Source: an uncultured Verrucomicrobiae bacterium | GTDB lineage: Bacteria; Verrucomicrobiota; Verrucomicrobiia; Chthoniobacterales; Chthoniobacteraceae | Assembly (NCBI GenBank): GCA_963828525.1 | Contig: CAWHEP010000008.1 | Coordinates: forward strand, 160,001-224,000 | DNA: 64,000 nucleotides | Reading direction: 5' to 3' | Part shown: positions 51,825 through 61,283 of the stretch, one piece after another | Position numbering within the stretch: the first letter of the stretch is position 1 | Layout: every line of letters starts with the position of its first letter | Program-made: the position numbers and the translations under genes | The notes under the pieces: generated by a model | What the model was told of the DNA's origin: nothing | What the model saw: only the letters and a program-made list of their open reading frames with translations | Database searches by the model: none

Positions 51825-53093
51825 GTGGGTATTGATAAGAAACCTGGAAACGTCCTCACCCGGTTCTTCATGGCGCTTGGTCCCGGCTTGATCACAGGGG
51901 CGGCGGATGACGACCCGTCTGGAGTGGCCACTTACACCGTGGCGGGCGCGCAACTCGGCACAAGTCTGCTTTGGACCGCGCTCGTCACGTGGCCGCTGAT
52001 GGCGGCGGTGCAGATGATGTGCGCCAGGATCGGGATGGTGACAGGACACGGTTTGGCCCGAGCTTTGGGTCGCAAATTTCCAAAGCCGCTCGTCATTCTC
52101 GCCTCGTCGGCGCTGCTCGCCGCGAACACCATCAACATCGGGGCAGATCTTGCGGGGATGGGAGACGCGGCGCGCCTGCTGACGGGGATAAGCGCGCGAA
52201 TCTGGATAGCGGTGTTCGGAGTGGGCATCACTTATGCCACGGTACGCTTCCGGTATCAGCAGATCGCGGCAATCCTGAAATGGCTGGCCGCGGTGCTGCT
52301 GGTGTATGTGGTCGCGGCATTCACGCTTCATCCACGATGGTTCAGCATCCTCGGTGACACCATCGTGCCCTCCTGGCCGAAAACGCATGACGCGTGGGCG
52401 ACTTTGGTGGCTATCCTCGGAACAACCATCAGCCCTTACCTATTCTTTTGGCAGTCTTCCCAGGAGGTGGAGGAAAAAAAGGCTGCTGGGCGCCGCCGCT
52501 TGATCGTACGACCGCGAGGTCCAGGGGAGGAAGCCATCCTCGACCGCAAGCTAGACGTGGGAGCCGGGACCTTCTTTTCCAATATCGTCATGTATTTCAT
52601 CATACTCACTGCCGCGCTCACGCTCTACAAGGCAGGCGCGAAGATCGAGACCACCACCGAGGCAGTCGAGGCTCTCCGACCTCTGGCCGGAAATTTCGCG
52701 GCCGCGCTTTATACGGCTGGCATCATCGGCGCAGGCCTCTTGGCGATTCCTACTCTTGCCGGTTCGGCGGCCTACGCCTTCGCGGAAATCTTCCACTGGA
52801 GACAGGGCCTGGATCGGCCGTTCAACTCGGCAACCGCTTTTTACAGCCTGCTCATTCTTTCAACCCTGGCCGGGATCGGATTGAACTTTGCAAACGTGAA
52901 CCCCGTGAAGGCTCTCTTCTGGACAGCCGTGATTAACGGGCTCCTCGCTCCCTTCCTCCTGGTCGGCATCCTTATCATCGCGTGTGATCGCGATGTAATG
53001 GGCAAAAATCCCAGCTCGATGCTGGGACGCGTTGTTGTGGGTCTTGCCACACTCCTCATGTTTGGAGCCGCGGTGGGGATGTTCGTTTTCTAA
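51825..53093 (+). CDS. NRAMP-family divalent metal transporter
   Basis: LGPGLITGAADDDPSG, NIGADL, GTTISPYLFFWQ; many TM helices. Confidence 0.88.
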   Translation: MGIDKKPGNVLTRFFMALGPGLITGAADDDPSGVATYTVAGAQLGTSLLWTALVTWPLMAAVQMMCARIGMVTGHGLARALGRKFPKPLVILASSALLAANTINIGADLAGMGDAARLLTGISARIWIAVFGVGITYATVRFRYQQIAAILKWLAAVLLVYVVAAFTLHPRWFSILGDTIVPSWPKTHDAWATLVAILGTTISPYLFFWQSSQEVEEKKAAGRRRLIVRPRGPGEEAILDRKLDVGAGTFFSNIVMYFIILTAALTLYKAGAKIETTTEAVEALRPLAGNFAAALYTAGIIGAGLLAIPTLAGSAAYAFAEIFHWRQGLDRPFNSATAFYSLLILSTLAGIGLNFANVNPVKALFWTAVINGLLAPFLLVGILIIACDRDVMGKNPSSMLGRVVVGLATLLMFGAAVGMFVF

Positions 53094-53138
53094 GGAGCGG
53101 GCGTTCGAATGAGCATGCTTTCTGCTGAATAAGGAAGC

Positions 53139-53735
53139 GTGTCTCAGAGGTCCTTGTTCAATGGCAAAGGCACCGTGTTTCTCCCGGCGCGGCATCGGAG
53201 GCTTTCCCACGTGTATGCCGCTGACAGCCCTTTGGGTGTCGGAGCGTTCGCCGGACGCGACTTTGCGACAGGGGAGTTGATCCTGCACTTCTCGGGCCCT
53301 GAGATCACAACCCACTCGGCAAAAAGATACCCGGCGGGCCACACGCTTCAGATTAATTCCGAAACTTGCGTCGAACTGGATTCGCCCGGCGTTTTCCTCA
53401 ACCACTCCTGCCAGCCAAACACAGGCGTGAGGGGGCTGTTCTCGGCATACGCCCTGCGTCCCATTGAGCGGGGCGAGGAACTCCGCTACGATTATTCCAC
53501 GACGGTTTGCGGGCGGCATTGGAAAATGCGATGCGGCTGCGGGGCAAGCGGTTGCCGGGGCGAGATAGAATGCTTCTTCCGCCTTCCGGAGTCTCTACAG
53601 GAACGCTACGTCGAGGCCGGGATAGTTCAGGCTTTTATCGTGGATCAATGGCGATCGGCCTTCTCAGAATACGCGCGGAATACAGAGGCCGAGTCCAAGC
53701 GCGTTCCGCAATATGCGGAGACTGTCTGCTCTTAA
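53139..53735 (+). CDS. SET-domain protein-lysine methyltransferase with post-SET motif
   Basis: G.GAFA, FLNHSCQPN, GEELRYDY, CGCGASGCRG. Confidence 0.85.
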   Translation: MSQRSLFNGKGTVFLPARHRRLSHVYAADSPLGVGAFAGRDFATGELILHFSGPEITTHSAKRYPAGHTLQINSETCVELDSPGVFLNHSCQPNTGVRGLFSAYALRPIERGEELRYDYSTTVCGRHWKMRCGCGASGCRGEIECFFRLPESLQERYVEAGIVQAFIVDQWRSAFSEYARNTEAESKRVPQYAETVCS

Positions 53736-53752
53736 CTCACGCCACCAGCCTG

Positions 53753-53944
53753 TTACTTCACAGCGGCTGTAACTACTGAATTCGCGCCAGGCGATGCCCC
53801 AATGGCGCCTTCTTCTGGCGGGTGGAAGTTTTTGAGCGCGTACCCCGCCCAGACTAACAGGGCGAGCGCAGCCATAATGCTGACAATTTTGATGAGACCA
53901 ACGAGCCTCGCCCATGCCTTTGCCTCTTCGCTCATGTCCTCCAT
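53753..53944 (-). CDS. Small single-TM hypothetical protein
   Basis: 63-aa ORF with one hydrophobic helix, downstream of the site-2 protease gene. Confidence 0.45.
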   Translation of the reverse strand: MEDMSEEAKAWARLVGLIKIVSIMAALALLVWAGYALKNFHPPEEGAIGASPGANSVVTAAVK

Positions 53945-54008
53945 TTCCGAACTAAAGCAACGAACGCCCTACTTTGCAAATTTTCGACTTCAAAAGCTCC
54001 CCACGGTG

Positions 54009-55166
54009 TCATTCAAGCGCGTTGTGAATCTTGATAAACTGCAGAATATCGTGCCGCGTCACGATTCCGACAAGCTTCCCCGCCTCCACCACTGCCAACC
54101 GGCTTTGGCCTGGGGAAAGCAATCGCTGCATGGCCCTCGCCGCGGGCTCATCGGGAGCGATCTTCAGGATTTCGGATCCTTGCGCCGCAGCGAGGTCCCC
54201 CGCCGAAGTGTAAGGCCACTTCTCCCGTGGCACGGTGTTCAAAAACTCGAGTCGGAGCAGACCGTGAAACTGGCCCTCTTCGTCACACACGGGGAATGCC
54301 GTGTGATGCCTTGCGAGAAAGAAGTCATCTACCGCGAGATTGAGCGGCGCGCTTACTGGGATGCAGGCCGGTTCCGCTGACATCACATCCTTCACGCGCG
54401 CTCCGGCGAGAGCAACTTGATTGATGGCATCCGCATAGCCGCTCTCCGCGGCATTCTTGAGGAATATTCCAATCAAGATGTAGACGAAGGCATCCCACCT
54501 CCCCCTTGTGAGCAGGAAGAGACCAAGCGCCATCATGAGCCAGCTAAACGCGATTCCCACTCGCGAGGCGGCGTAGGTCGCCCGGCGCAGGTTCCCGTCA
54601 CGCGCCCAGAGTACCGCCCGCAATACGCGGCCTCCGTCCAGCGGATATCCGGGGATGGCGTTAAAAATTACCAGCGCCCCGTTGATTCCAGACAGCCAGG
54701 CAAGCATGCGATTCGCCGGGAGGATTACAAGAATGCCGGAAATCCACGCGCCGGCCGCAAACAGGGCGCACAGCGCGACTGAGACGGCCGGACCTGCGAG
54801 CGCGATTTTTAGTTCTGCGCGAGGGTCGCCGGGTTCCCTGGAGAGTTCCGCCAAGCCGCCGATGAAAAGAAGCGTGATCCGGGGAACACGAATCCCGCAA
54901 CGCTGACTCATAAGGCTGTGCCCCAACTCATGCAACAAAATGCTCAGGAAGAAGAGCAGCCCCGTCGTTACGCCCAGCAGAAGATAGACCCAGTCGCCAT
55001 ATCCTGGAAGCACCGAAGGGAAAAAACGAACCGACAACTGGTAGGTAATGATCGCGGCAATGACGAACCAGCTATAGTCGAGGTAGAACCTGATGCCGAA
55101 GAACCTGCCAAGGTAAAATCCCCTGCTTCGCTGTTGGGCAGAATGCTTTGGAGTTCCGTGTTGCAT
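54009..55166 (-). CDS. Site-2 protease (M50) with CBS domains
   Basis: HELGH, AGP, NAIPGYPLDGGR; C-terminal CBS pair (VKDVM, LVGIVTRHD). Confidence 0.92.
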   Translation of the reverse strand: MQHGTPKHSAQQRSRGFYLGRFFGIRFYLDYSWFVIAAIITYQLSVRFFPSVLPGYGDWVYLLLGVTTGLLFFLSILLHELGHSLMSQRCGIRVPRITLLFIGGLAELSREPGDPRAELKIALAGPAVSVALCALFAAGAWISGILVILPANRMLAWLSGINGALVIFNAIPGYPLDGGRVLRAVLWARDGNLRRATYAASRVGIAFSWLMMALGLFLLTRGRWDAFVYILIGIFLKNAAESGYADAINQVALAGARVKDVMSAEPACIPVSAPLNLAVDDFFLARHHTAFPVCDEEGQFHGLLRLEFLNTVPREKWPYTSAGDLAAAQGSEILKIAPDEPAARAMQRLLSPGQSRLAVVEAGKLVGIVTRHDILQFIKIHNALE

Positions 55167-55181
55167 CGGCTACTTCCGAAA

Positions 55182-58100
55182 CTAGGGACTGAGAATTAAG
55201 GATGGAACATCGGGTTCGAATCCCCAAGGCAAGCTGGGCCAGGCCGTGGTCTCACCAAACAGAAGCTCCGGGTTCCGGGGCTGCTCCGCGACCCCGAGCG
55301 TCAACGGATGCGCCCCGGGCAGTGCCGCGGCGCGCGGAGCGCCTGTCATTTGCCATGCGGGTTCCCTTGAAGTGAGCGCGGCGAGACGAGGCGGAGGCAG
55401 AGGCGGGTCGCTCCAAAGAGCAACAGTTCCCTCCACGGGAGAGCCCAGGATCGAGGCAAAGAGTTGATAGCCGGAAACAGAGGCGGAACAGCGGAGGGAG
55501 AGCGTCACTCCCCGTGACGCGGGTTCGTTGAAATATACCGTTCCCCTGTCGATGAGAAAAGCATTCGAGTTCCATGGGATAAGAGTCGAATTCAATCCAA
55601 GGGCGGCGAGCGAGACACTTTGCAGCTCGGCGGCCCCTATCAATCGGAGGTCTCTGGGCGAACCAGCTATTTTGAAGGCAAGCTCTGCCTTGCCAGGCGT
55701 TGCCAATCCACGGAGAAGAGTCTCTCCCTTGCAGTCGATATTAATCGAACTGTCAGCGGCCAGAGGCGCGGCGCCCAAGGCCAGCCGGGCACCCTTGAAG
55801 ATCGCGCCGGGATCCAGCGTTTCGGCTGGTTTAGCTCCGTTGAACCTGGCCAAACCGCTCACTCGGAGCGCGGTTTCACCTTTCGAAAGAGTCAGATCAA
55901 GATCGGAGACGAAATGCAAGCCGTGGGCTGTCGTGAAAACCGCCTTCCTGGAATGTGCTTCGAATCCCGATGCGATAAAGGCGGGATCCTTCCAATCGAA
56001 AAATCCTTTCCCCAGCAGATCGCCGGCTAGGAAATCGGAAAGATTCGCGCGCGCCGCGAGCCTTTCTATTTCAGCCTGCTGTCCCAGCAGACTTACATCA
56101 GCTTCGACATTATCCAACGATAGGCCTCCGAGTGCCGCCTGCCCCTTACGTAAATGCATTTGTCCCATTACTGTGGCCGCGGACAAATTCCCCGCGGCGG
56201 ACACTTTCATTTCCAGGTCGCCCGAGATTGCACGATCTCGCCCAGTCAACAAAGCCGCGTCGTGAAGGCGCATGCCTTGCGCGGACAATGCCAGCTTAAG
56301 CGGGGCTTCGGCATCGAAAACGGAACTCCATGGCTGGGCCTGCCATAGCGCCCAGACATTGATGGGGAGCAGAGCGTCTCCCTGAAGAACGGTGACGTTC
56401 CTGTGTTGAAGCTTTATGGACTCCAGATTGATGGTTTTGGGAGCAGCCGTCACCTTGGCGCTGAAAGATGTTTGCGCATCCGCGAGCGAGAAGTTTGAGA
56501 GAAAGAAGCTGCCCGGCGCGTAAGTTCCTTCGGCGGCCACCGCCAAGGGGTGGAATGCGGGATCGGAAGCGCCAAGTGGCCTAAGGTCTCGAAGCCTGGC
56601 TCGGAACGCCCCCGAATGCGCGTTGACTGTGCCATCTCCTGACCAGTCGAGGAAAAGCCCTCCAGCAAACGCTCCCGGGGCGATTGGCTCCCGGAAAAAG
56701 CTGGAGTAGAGCGCGAGATCCGCGACGGAGGTCTTGATTTCGCCCCAGGTACCGTTTCTCTCCAAGGATATTTACCACGCCCCGTCCGCGCAGGAAATCG
56801 CCTTTGTGCGAGAACTCAATGCTGGAGACGTTTAATTCATTTCCGTTCAGGTTAAGCGTGGCATTGAGCGCGTCCAATGGAGCCGCGCCGTAGGACAGCC
56901 GGGAACCCTGAACCTGGAGCTGCCCGGTATAGGAGCGATTCTGCCCCCGCACCGAACCTTCCACGTTTACTTTGCCGGCGGCCACGCCAAACTCGGGGCC
57001 GAAGAGCGCCGCGAGTTCGGACAGGTTGTCCACACGCGCCGAGATATCGAAGGAAAATTGAGACTGCCACCAGTCGCTTAAAACCTCCGGAATCGCCATC
57101 TCTCCCCGGAGACTCAGCTCGTTATGAGCTTGTGAGAGACGGAACTCGGGCAACAAAACCTGGCGATCAAAAAGGGTGGCTCCCACGACAAGAGAGTTCC
57201 ATTTCCGTTTGCCCCAGAGAAAGTCGGTCGCTTCCAGGCGAATCGAAAGGGTCGCCTTCTGGAAATCGCGAGGCGATCCCCTGAAGGTGAATTTGCCCTC
57301 CTTGATCACTCCACCCGCAACCCCCGAAAACGCCACAAAGTTCGCGACATCCTCAATGGCAATCTGAGAGAACGAACCACTGGCGTCGAATTGAACTCCT
57401 CCACCCGATGCGGCAGCGAGCGCTTCGCCGCGTATCATTCCTCCGAACGCGGCAAGGTCAAATGCCACGTAGGCACGGCCTGCCTGCATCTCGCGCAAAT
57501 CCGCGGAGATGCTGCCGAATCGAATGGTCGAGTCCAGCTTCAGCCCATTCAGCGACAACTTCGACCCATCGAACGCGGTGGTTCCCCTTACATCATCAAA
57601 GGTTTTGGTGAATTCGGGACGCCGGATTTCGACCCGGTGCGCCTCAATGATTCCGGGAGCCGCCTCACTTACCGTGAAATGGATGTCATCGAGAGCGGTC
57701 TCGAACCCTTTTTGGTTCAGCGCAAAGTAGCCTCGCAGCAGTTCGAGCTCATGAGGAACAAACATGGCGAGCATCCCAAAATCGCCTTCACCCTGGTCGT
57801 ATTCGGCGAGCGCGTCCAGGTTCGCGATTCCCGACCCACCCGGCAAATTAACTTCGCCGCGCATTCCGTCGACGCAGACCTTTCTCACCAAGTGGGGGCT
57901 GCGGCGCAGGAGCCAGTCCCACCACTGCGGTGTAATCTCCACGCGAAGGAGGCGGAAGTTCATCGAAGCGGCCCCCGAAGTTCGAGAAACGATGTTTACA
58001 TTCCGCAGGGTGATTGGCTGGTATAAACTCCCGGAGATCTCACCAATCTCAATCCCGGCGTTGCGCCATTCTCCGTCGGCAAGCAGGAGTTCGCGCAGAC

Positions 58101-58212
58101 ACGCTCGGAAAGAGGGAGGATAAAGCAGGCAGAACGCGGCCAAAGCCAGCGCGAGGGCAATGCTCCATAATATCGGATGCCGCCGCTTTTGACGCGCAGA
58201 GGTGGCTGCCAT
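55182..58212 (-). CDS. Second AsmA/TamB-like beta-rich envelope protein, frameshift at ~56748
   Basis: ORFs 56581..58212 and 55182..56765 join as EKRY-WGEIK; N-terminal TM, GEISGSL, C-terminal WSDPPL resembling the TamB SxPPL motif. Confidence 0.65.
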
Positions 58213-58262
58213 TTACTGCTGTGGGAAAGGGGCGATGCCCGTATTGAACGAGGTTTCGCGGT

Positions 58263-59348
58263 TCAGGCAAGCAAAGGTTGCGGCGGGAACAGCGCGAGCT
58301 GACCCAAACTTGGCCGATTGAAACCTGAGGTCGAGAGTTGGAATTCGCGGCGGCGCATGCCCGACCGGCGCAGGGACACAGCGAAAAGAGCGGACATCTG
58401 TTCGGCAAAAATCCCCTCGCCACGCATTCGCGAGCCAAATCGGGCATCGTTCATGCGTCCTCCGCGGATTTCGCGAACACGGCCAAGCACCTTGTCACGC
58501 CGGTCGGGAAAATGCCTCTCCAGCCACGCTTCGAAAAGGGAGGCGACGCCCCACGGCAGGCGCAAAGGAACGAATGCGGCGCCGGACGCGCCGGCTTGCG
58601 CAGCCGCCTCCAGGAGAGCTGGCATCTCATGATCCGTAAGGCCAGGAATCACCGGAGCCATCATAACACTCACCGGAATGCCTGCTTCCGCGAGTTCCCG
58701 AATGGCGGCCAATCTCCTCAAGGGCGGAGACGCCCGGGGCTCAAGCTTTTTCGCCAGCGCGGGATCAAGGGTCGTGATCGACAGCGACACTCCAGCCGCG
58801 TTGCCGCGAGCGAGCCGGCTCAGCAGATCGATGTCCCGTGTCACAAGATGGTTTTTTGTTATTACCGCCACTGGGTTGCAAAACTCCGCCAGCACCTCCA
58901 GGCAGCGACGGGTAATCTGCAGTCTGCGCTCGACGGGCTGATAACAGTCAGTCACACCGCTCATCGCCAGGACCTCCGGCTTCCAACGCGAAGAAGAGAG
59001 CTCCTCCCGCAGCAACTCTGGCGCATTCAGCTTTGCTACGATCTTCGTCTCGAAATCGAGACCCGCCGAAAAGCCCAGGTATTCGTGCGTTGGACGGGCG
59101 TAACAGTAGGCGCACCCATGCTCACATCCCCGGTATGGGTTGAGGCTGGCATTAAAGCCAACATCGGGACTGTTATTCCGCGTAATGATTGTTTTGGAGT
59201 CATCTTTTAGAATCTGGGTTCTGGGGCTGCTTTCCTCCTCCTCGCAGTCAACATCGGCAACGTATTCAAGCTTCTCGAAACGGTTCTTTGGGTTCTCTGC
59301 CGCTCCGCGCCCCACGATCGCGTCTCCGCCATGCGGCTCAGTACTCAC
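58263..59348 (-). CDS. PA0069/Rv2578c-family radical SAM protein (spore photoproduct lyase-like)
   Basis: GRGA..NP.NRF, SLNPYRGCEHGCAYCYAR, SGVTDCYQP.E, LEPRA, APVIPGLTD. Confidence 0.88.
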   Translation of the reverse strand: MSTEPHGGDAIVGRGAAENPKNRFEKLEYVADVDCEEEESSPRTQILKDDSKTIITRNNSPDVGFNASLNPYRGCEHGCAYCYARPTHEYLGFSAGLDFETKIVAKLNAPELLREELSSSRWKPEVLAMSGVTDCYQPVERRLQITRRCLEVLAEFCNPVAVITKNHLVTRDIDLLSRLARGNAAGVSLSITTLDPALAKKLEPRASPPLRRLAAIRELAEAGIPVSVMMAPVIPGLTDHEMPALLEAAAQAGASGAAFVPLRLPWGVASLFEAWLERHFPDRRDKVLGRVREIRGGRMNDARFGSRMRGEGIFAEQMSALFAVSLRRSGMRRREFQLSTSGFNRPSLGQLALFPPQPLLA

Positions 59349-59354
59349 GGCGGC

Positions 59355-59924
59355 CTAGGTTCGCGAGAGGCTGCGTTTCCATTTGATGCCGCAGCCTACG
59401 CTCGGCTTCTGATCAGGCGAAACCGGGACGCCTTGGATTACCGCGTCCACCGCCGCGCGAAGATCACGTCCATCCGGCCGCCCCTTGCCCGGGCGCGAGC
59501 TATCGAATTGGCCGCGATACACCAGAAGACGCTCGCCATTGAAAAGAAAGAAGTCGGGAGTACATGCGGCTCCGTATGCCTTCGCGACCTCCTGACTTCC
59601 GTCGTAGCAGACCGGAAAGCTTAAATCTGCTGACAACGCCATTTCCTTCAATTTCTCCGGCGCGTCATCTGGGTAGGCGTCCGCGTCGTTGGAACTGATC
59701 GCGATGATCCCCAAATCTTTCGCGGCGTAGTCGCGCCCCAGTCGCGCCAGCGCTGGCAGAATATGAATGACGTAGGGACAGTGCGCGCAGATGAACATGA
59801 CGAGGAGAGCCTTTTCACCGCGGTAAGAAGCGGAGGTGATCTGCCGTGCTGACACCGTATCCGGCAAGGAAAAACCCGGAGCGGTCGTGCCCAGTGCCAG
59901 CATCTGCGAACGCGTTTCGGACAT
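59355..59924 (-). CDS. Thioredoxin-family (AhpC/TSA-like) protein
   Basis: APGFSLPD, MFICAHCPYV, AACTPDFFLF, YRGQFD, PSVGCGIKW. Confidence 0.88.
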   Translation of the reverse strand: MSETRSQMLALGTTAPGFSLPDTVSARQITSASYRGEKALLVMFICAHCPYVIHILPALARLGRDYAAKDLGIIAISSNDADAYPDDAPEKLKEMALSADLSFPVCYDGSQEVAKAYGAACTPDFFLFNGERLLVYRGQFDSSRPGKGRPDGRDLRAAVDAVIQGVPVSPDQKPSVGCGIKWKRSLSRT

Positions 59925-60007
59925 CTTTGGAGATTAGCAGCAGGGATCGAAGAGTTCAAACGCGCCGCTGGCTGAGCGCGCGTCGCTAATAAAGGTCACA
60001 GGCTTTC

Positions 60008-60436
60008 TCAGCCAGCAATGACGAGCGAAAAACCTTCCTTTTCCGCGGCGTCGCAGAGGCGTTGGTCCAAGCAAACAACCCGCAGGCGCATTGGGTCATG
60101 ATCGGCCGCAATAACGGCGGCGGCAAGCTGCAAGGCGTCAGCGGCTCGGAGGACATGAACGCGCAGCAGCCGTTCTGCTGTTTGGCGGCAGGCCTCACTC
60201 GGAACCACCTCGACCCAGCTCTCCCTCAAAACGAGCAAACGTTGTTCCGCAGCGCGGACATCCTGGCGACGGAATCGTTCTTCGCGCGTCAGTCGGGCGA
60301 GCGCGGAAACACACTCCAACGGTGTTCCCCACCAGGTTACCATTGCAGGATCGGCAGCGAGCGCTTTCTCCATCTCCGCGCTGCGCGCCTGCTGCGTAAT
60401 CAGCGGCACGAGGGCAGACGAATCCCAGTAATTCAC
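60008..60436 (-). CDS. vapC: Type II toxin, VapC/PIN domain
   Basis: YWDSSALV, E..SAL, LRAADALQLAAA, CLDQRL..AA..EG. Confidence 0.9.
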   Translation of the reverse strand: MNYWDSSALVPLITQQARSAEMEKALAADPAMVTWWGTPLECVSALARLTREERFRRQDVRAAEQRLLVLRESWVEVVPSEACRQTAERLLRVHVLRAADALQLAAAVIAADHDPMRLRVVCLDQRLCDAAEKEGFSLVIAG

Positions 60437-60732
60437 AGCCCTTCTTCTCTTTCGGCCAGTAGAGCCTTCAGGATATCACCCCCATCGGTGGGAGAAGGGA
60501 GGGGCAACTTGCACAGGGCCGCCACGTCAAGGGAACGTGAGGATGCCCTTACAAGCCCGCGCCTTATCAACCCTCCCAGCCACGCGGGATCGCTCACGAA
60601 CGAGCCGACAGCCGGTTCGAGGCGGGCGACAGGTTTCTGCCTGTCTGTAATCAGGAATGTCTCTCCCTCCTGCACGCGAGCGAGTATCTCACTGAGATGG
60701 TCGCGGGTATACGAAATATTGGCGCTTTCCAT
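60433..60732 (-). CDS. Type II antitoxin, Phd/YefM family
   Basis: RDHLSEILARVQEGETFLITDRQKPVARL; overlaps the toxin start by 4 bp. Confidence 0.88.
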   Translation of the reverse strand: MESANISYTRDHLSEILARVQEGETFLITDRQKPVARLEPAVGSFVSDPAWLGGLIRRGLVRASSRSLDVAALCKLPLPSPTDGGDILKALLAEREEGL

Positions 60733-60784
60733 AACGCCATGTTAGCCATTTTGTTCACTCTTACAAGCTATATTGTGTCACGAC

Positions 60785-60826
60785 CGCCGACCGCCATGAG
60801 CCGTTCGCTGGAGCGCGTGGTTAGGC
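60785..60826 (-). mobile_element. Truncated attC site (first arm only)
   Basis: Minus strand GCCTAAC-CACGCGCTCCAGCGAACGGCTCAT; 38/41 bp identical to 61241..61281; the complementary arm is absent. Confidence 0.65.
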
Positions 60827-61162
60827 CTGATGGTCGCCAGATAGTCGCTTGCGGTCGGGCCGAGAGAACCAAGAACCAGCGGCGATAGCCAAATAGATCG
60901 CGGAAGCGGCTGCGCGCACCGGCAAAGGTGCTCGTTCGGACGCGGAGGGAAACAAAGGCCTGGCATGGGGACCGATCTCCAACCCAGGGCCATCGGCGCG
61001 CCCGGTGAAGAGGACAAGCACGCCAATGGCTGCGGTAACGACGGCAATCAGAGTATGAAGTGATCGGCGGCTGCGCGCTTGGAGAAACCCTTGCAGCAGC
61101 CCTGCCGCGCACAACAACACGGCGATGCCCGCAGCGAAGAAGAGAAGCGATATGAGATTCAT
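60821..61162 (-). CDS. Integron cassette-type small membrane protein (3 TM)
   Basis: ATG about 20 bp after a GTTAGGC core site; TAA stop inside the GCCTAAC of the next attC. Confidence 0.7.
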   Translation of the reverse strand: MNLISLLFFAAGIAVLLCAAGLLQGFLQARSRRSLHTLIAVVTAAIGVLVLFTGRADGPGLEIGPHARPLFPSASERAPLPVRAAASAIYLAIAAGSWFSRPDRKRLSGDHQA

Positions 61163-61181
61163 GGCAAGGGAAGCGCGAAGG

Positions 61182-61283
61182 GCCTAACGGCCAAAGCTCA
61201 ACGACGGCTCATCGCGAGGTGGATCTGGAATGCAGAGAAACGCCGACCGCCATGAGCCGTTCGCCAGAGCGCGTTGTTAGGGC
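61182..61283 (-). mobile_element. Integron attC recombination site (~102 bp)
   Basis: Minus strand GCCCTAAC...GTTAGGC with imperfect palindromic arms (CGAACGGCTCAT / ATGAGCCGTCG) and unpaired bases on one arm. Confidence 0.75.

Noticed and set aside
59925..60007. attC downstream of vapC that would make the TA pair a complete cassette
   Set aside because: No RYYYAAC...GTTRRRY palindrome is present; the TA pair is only adjacent to the cassette remnant.
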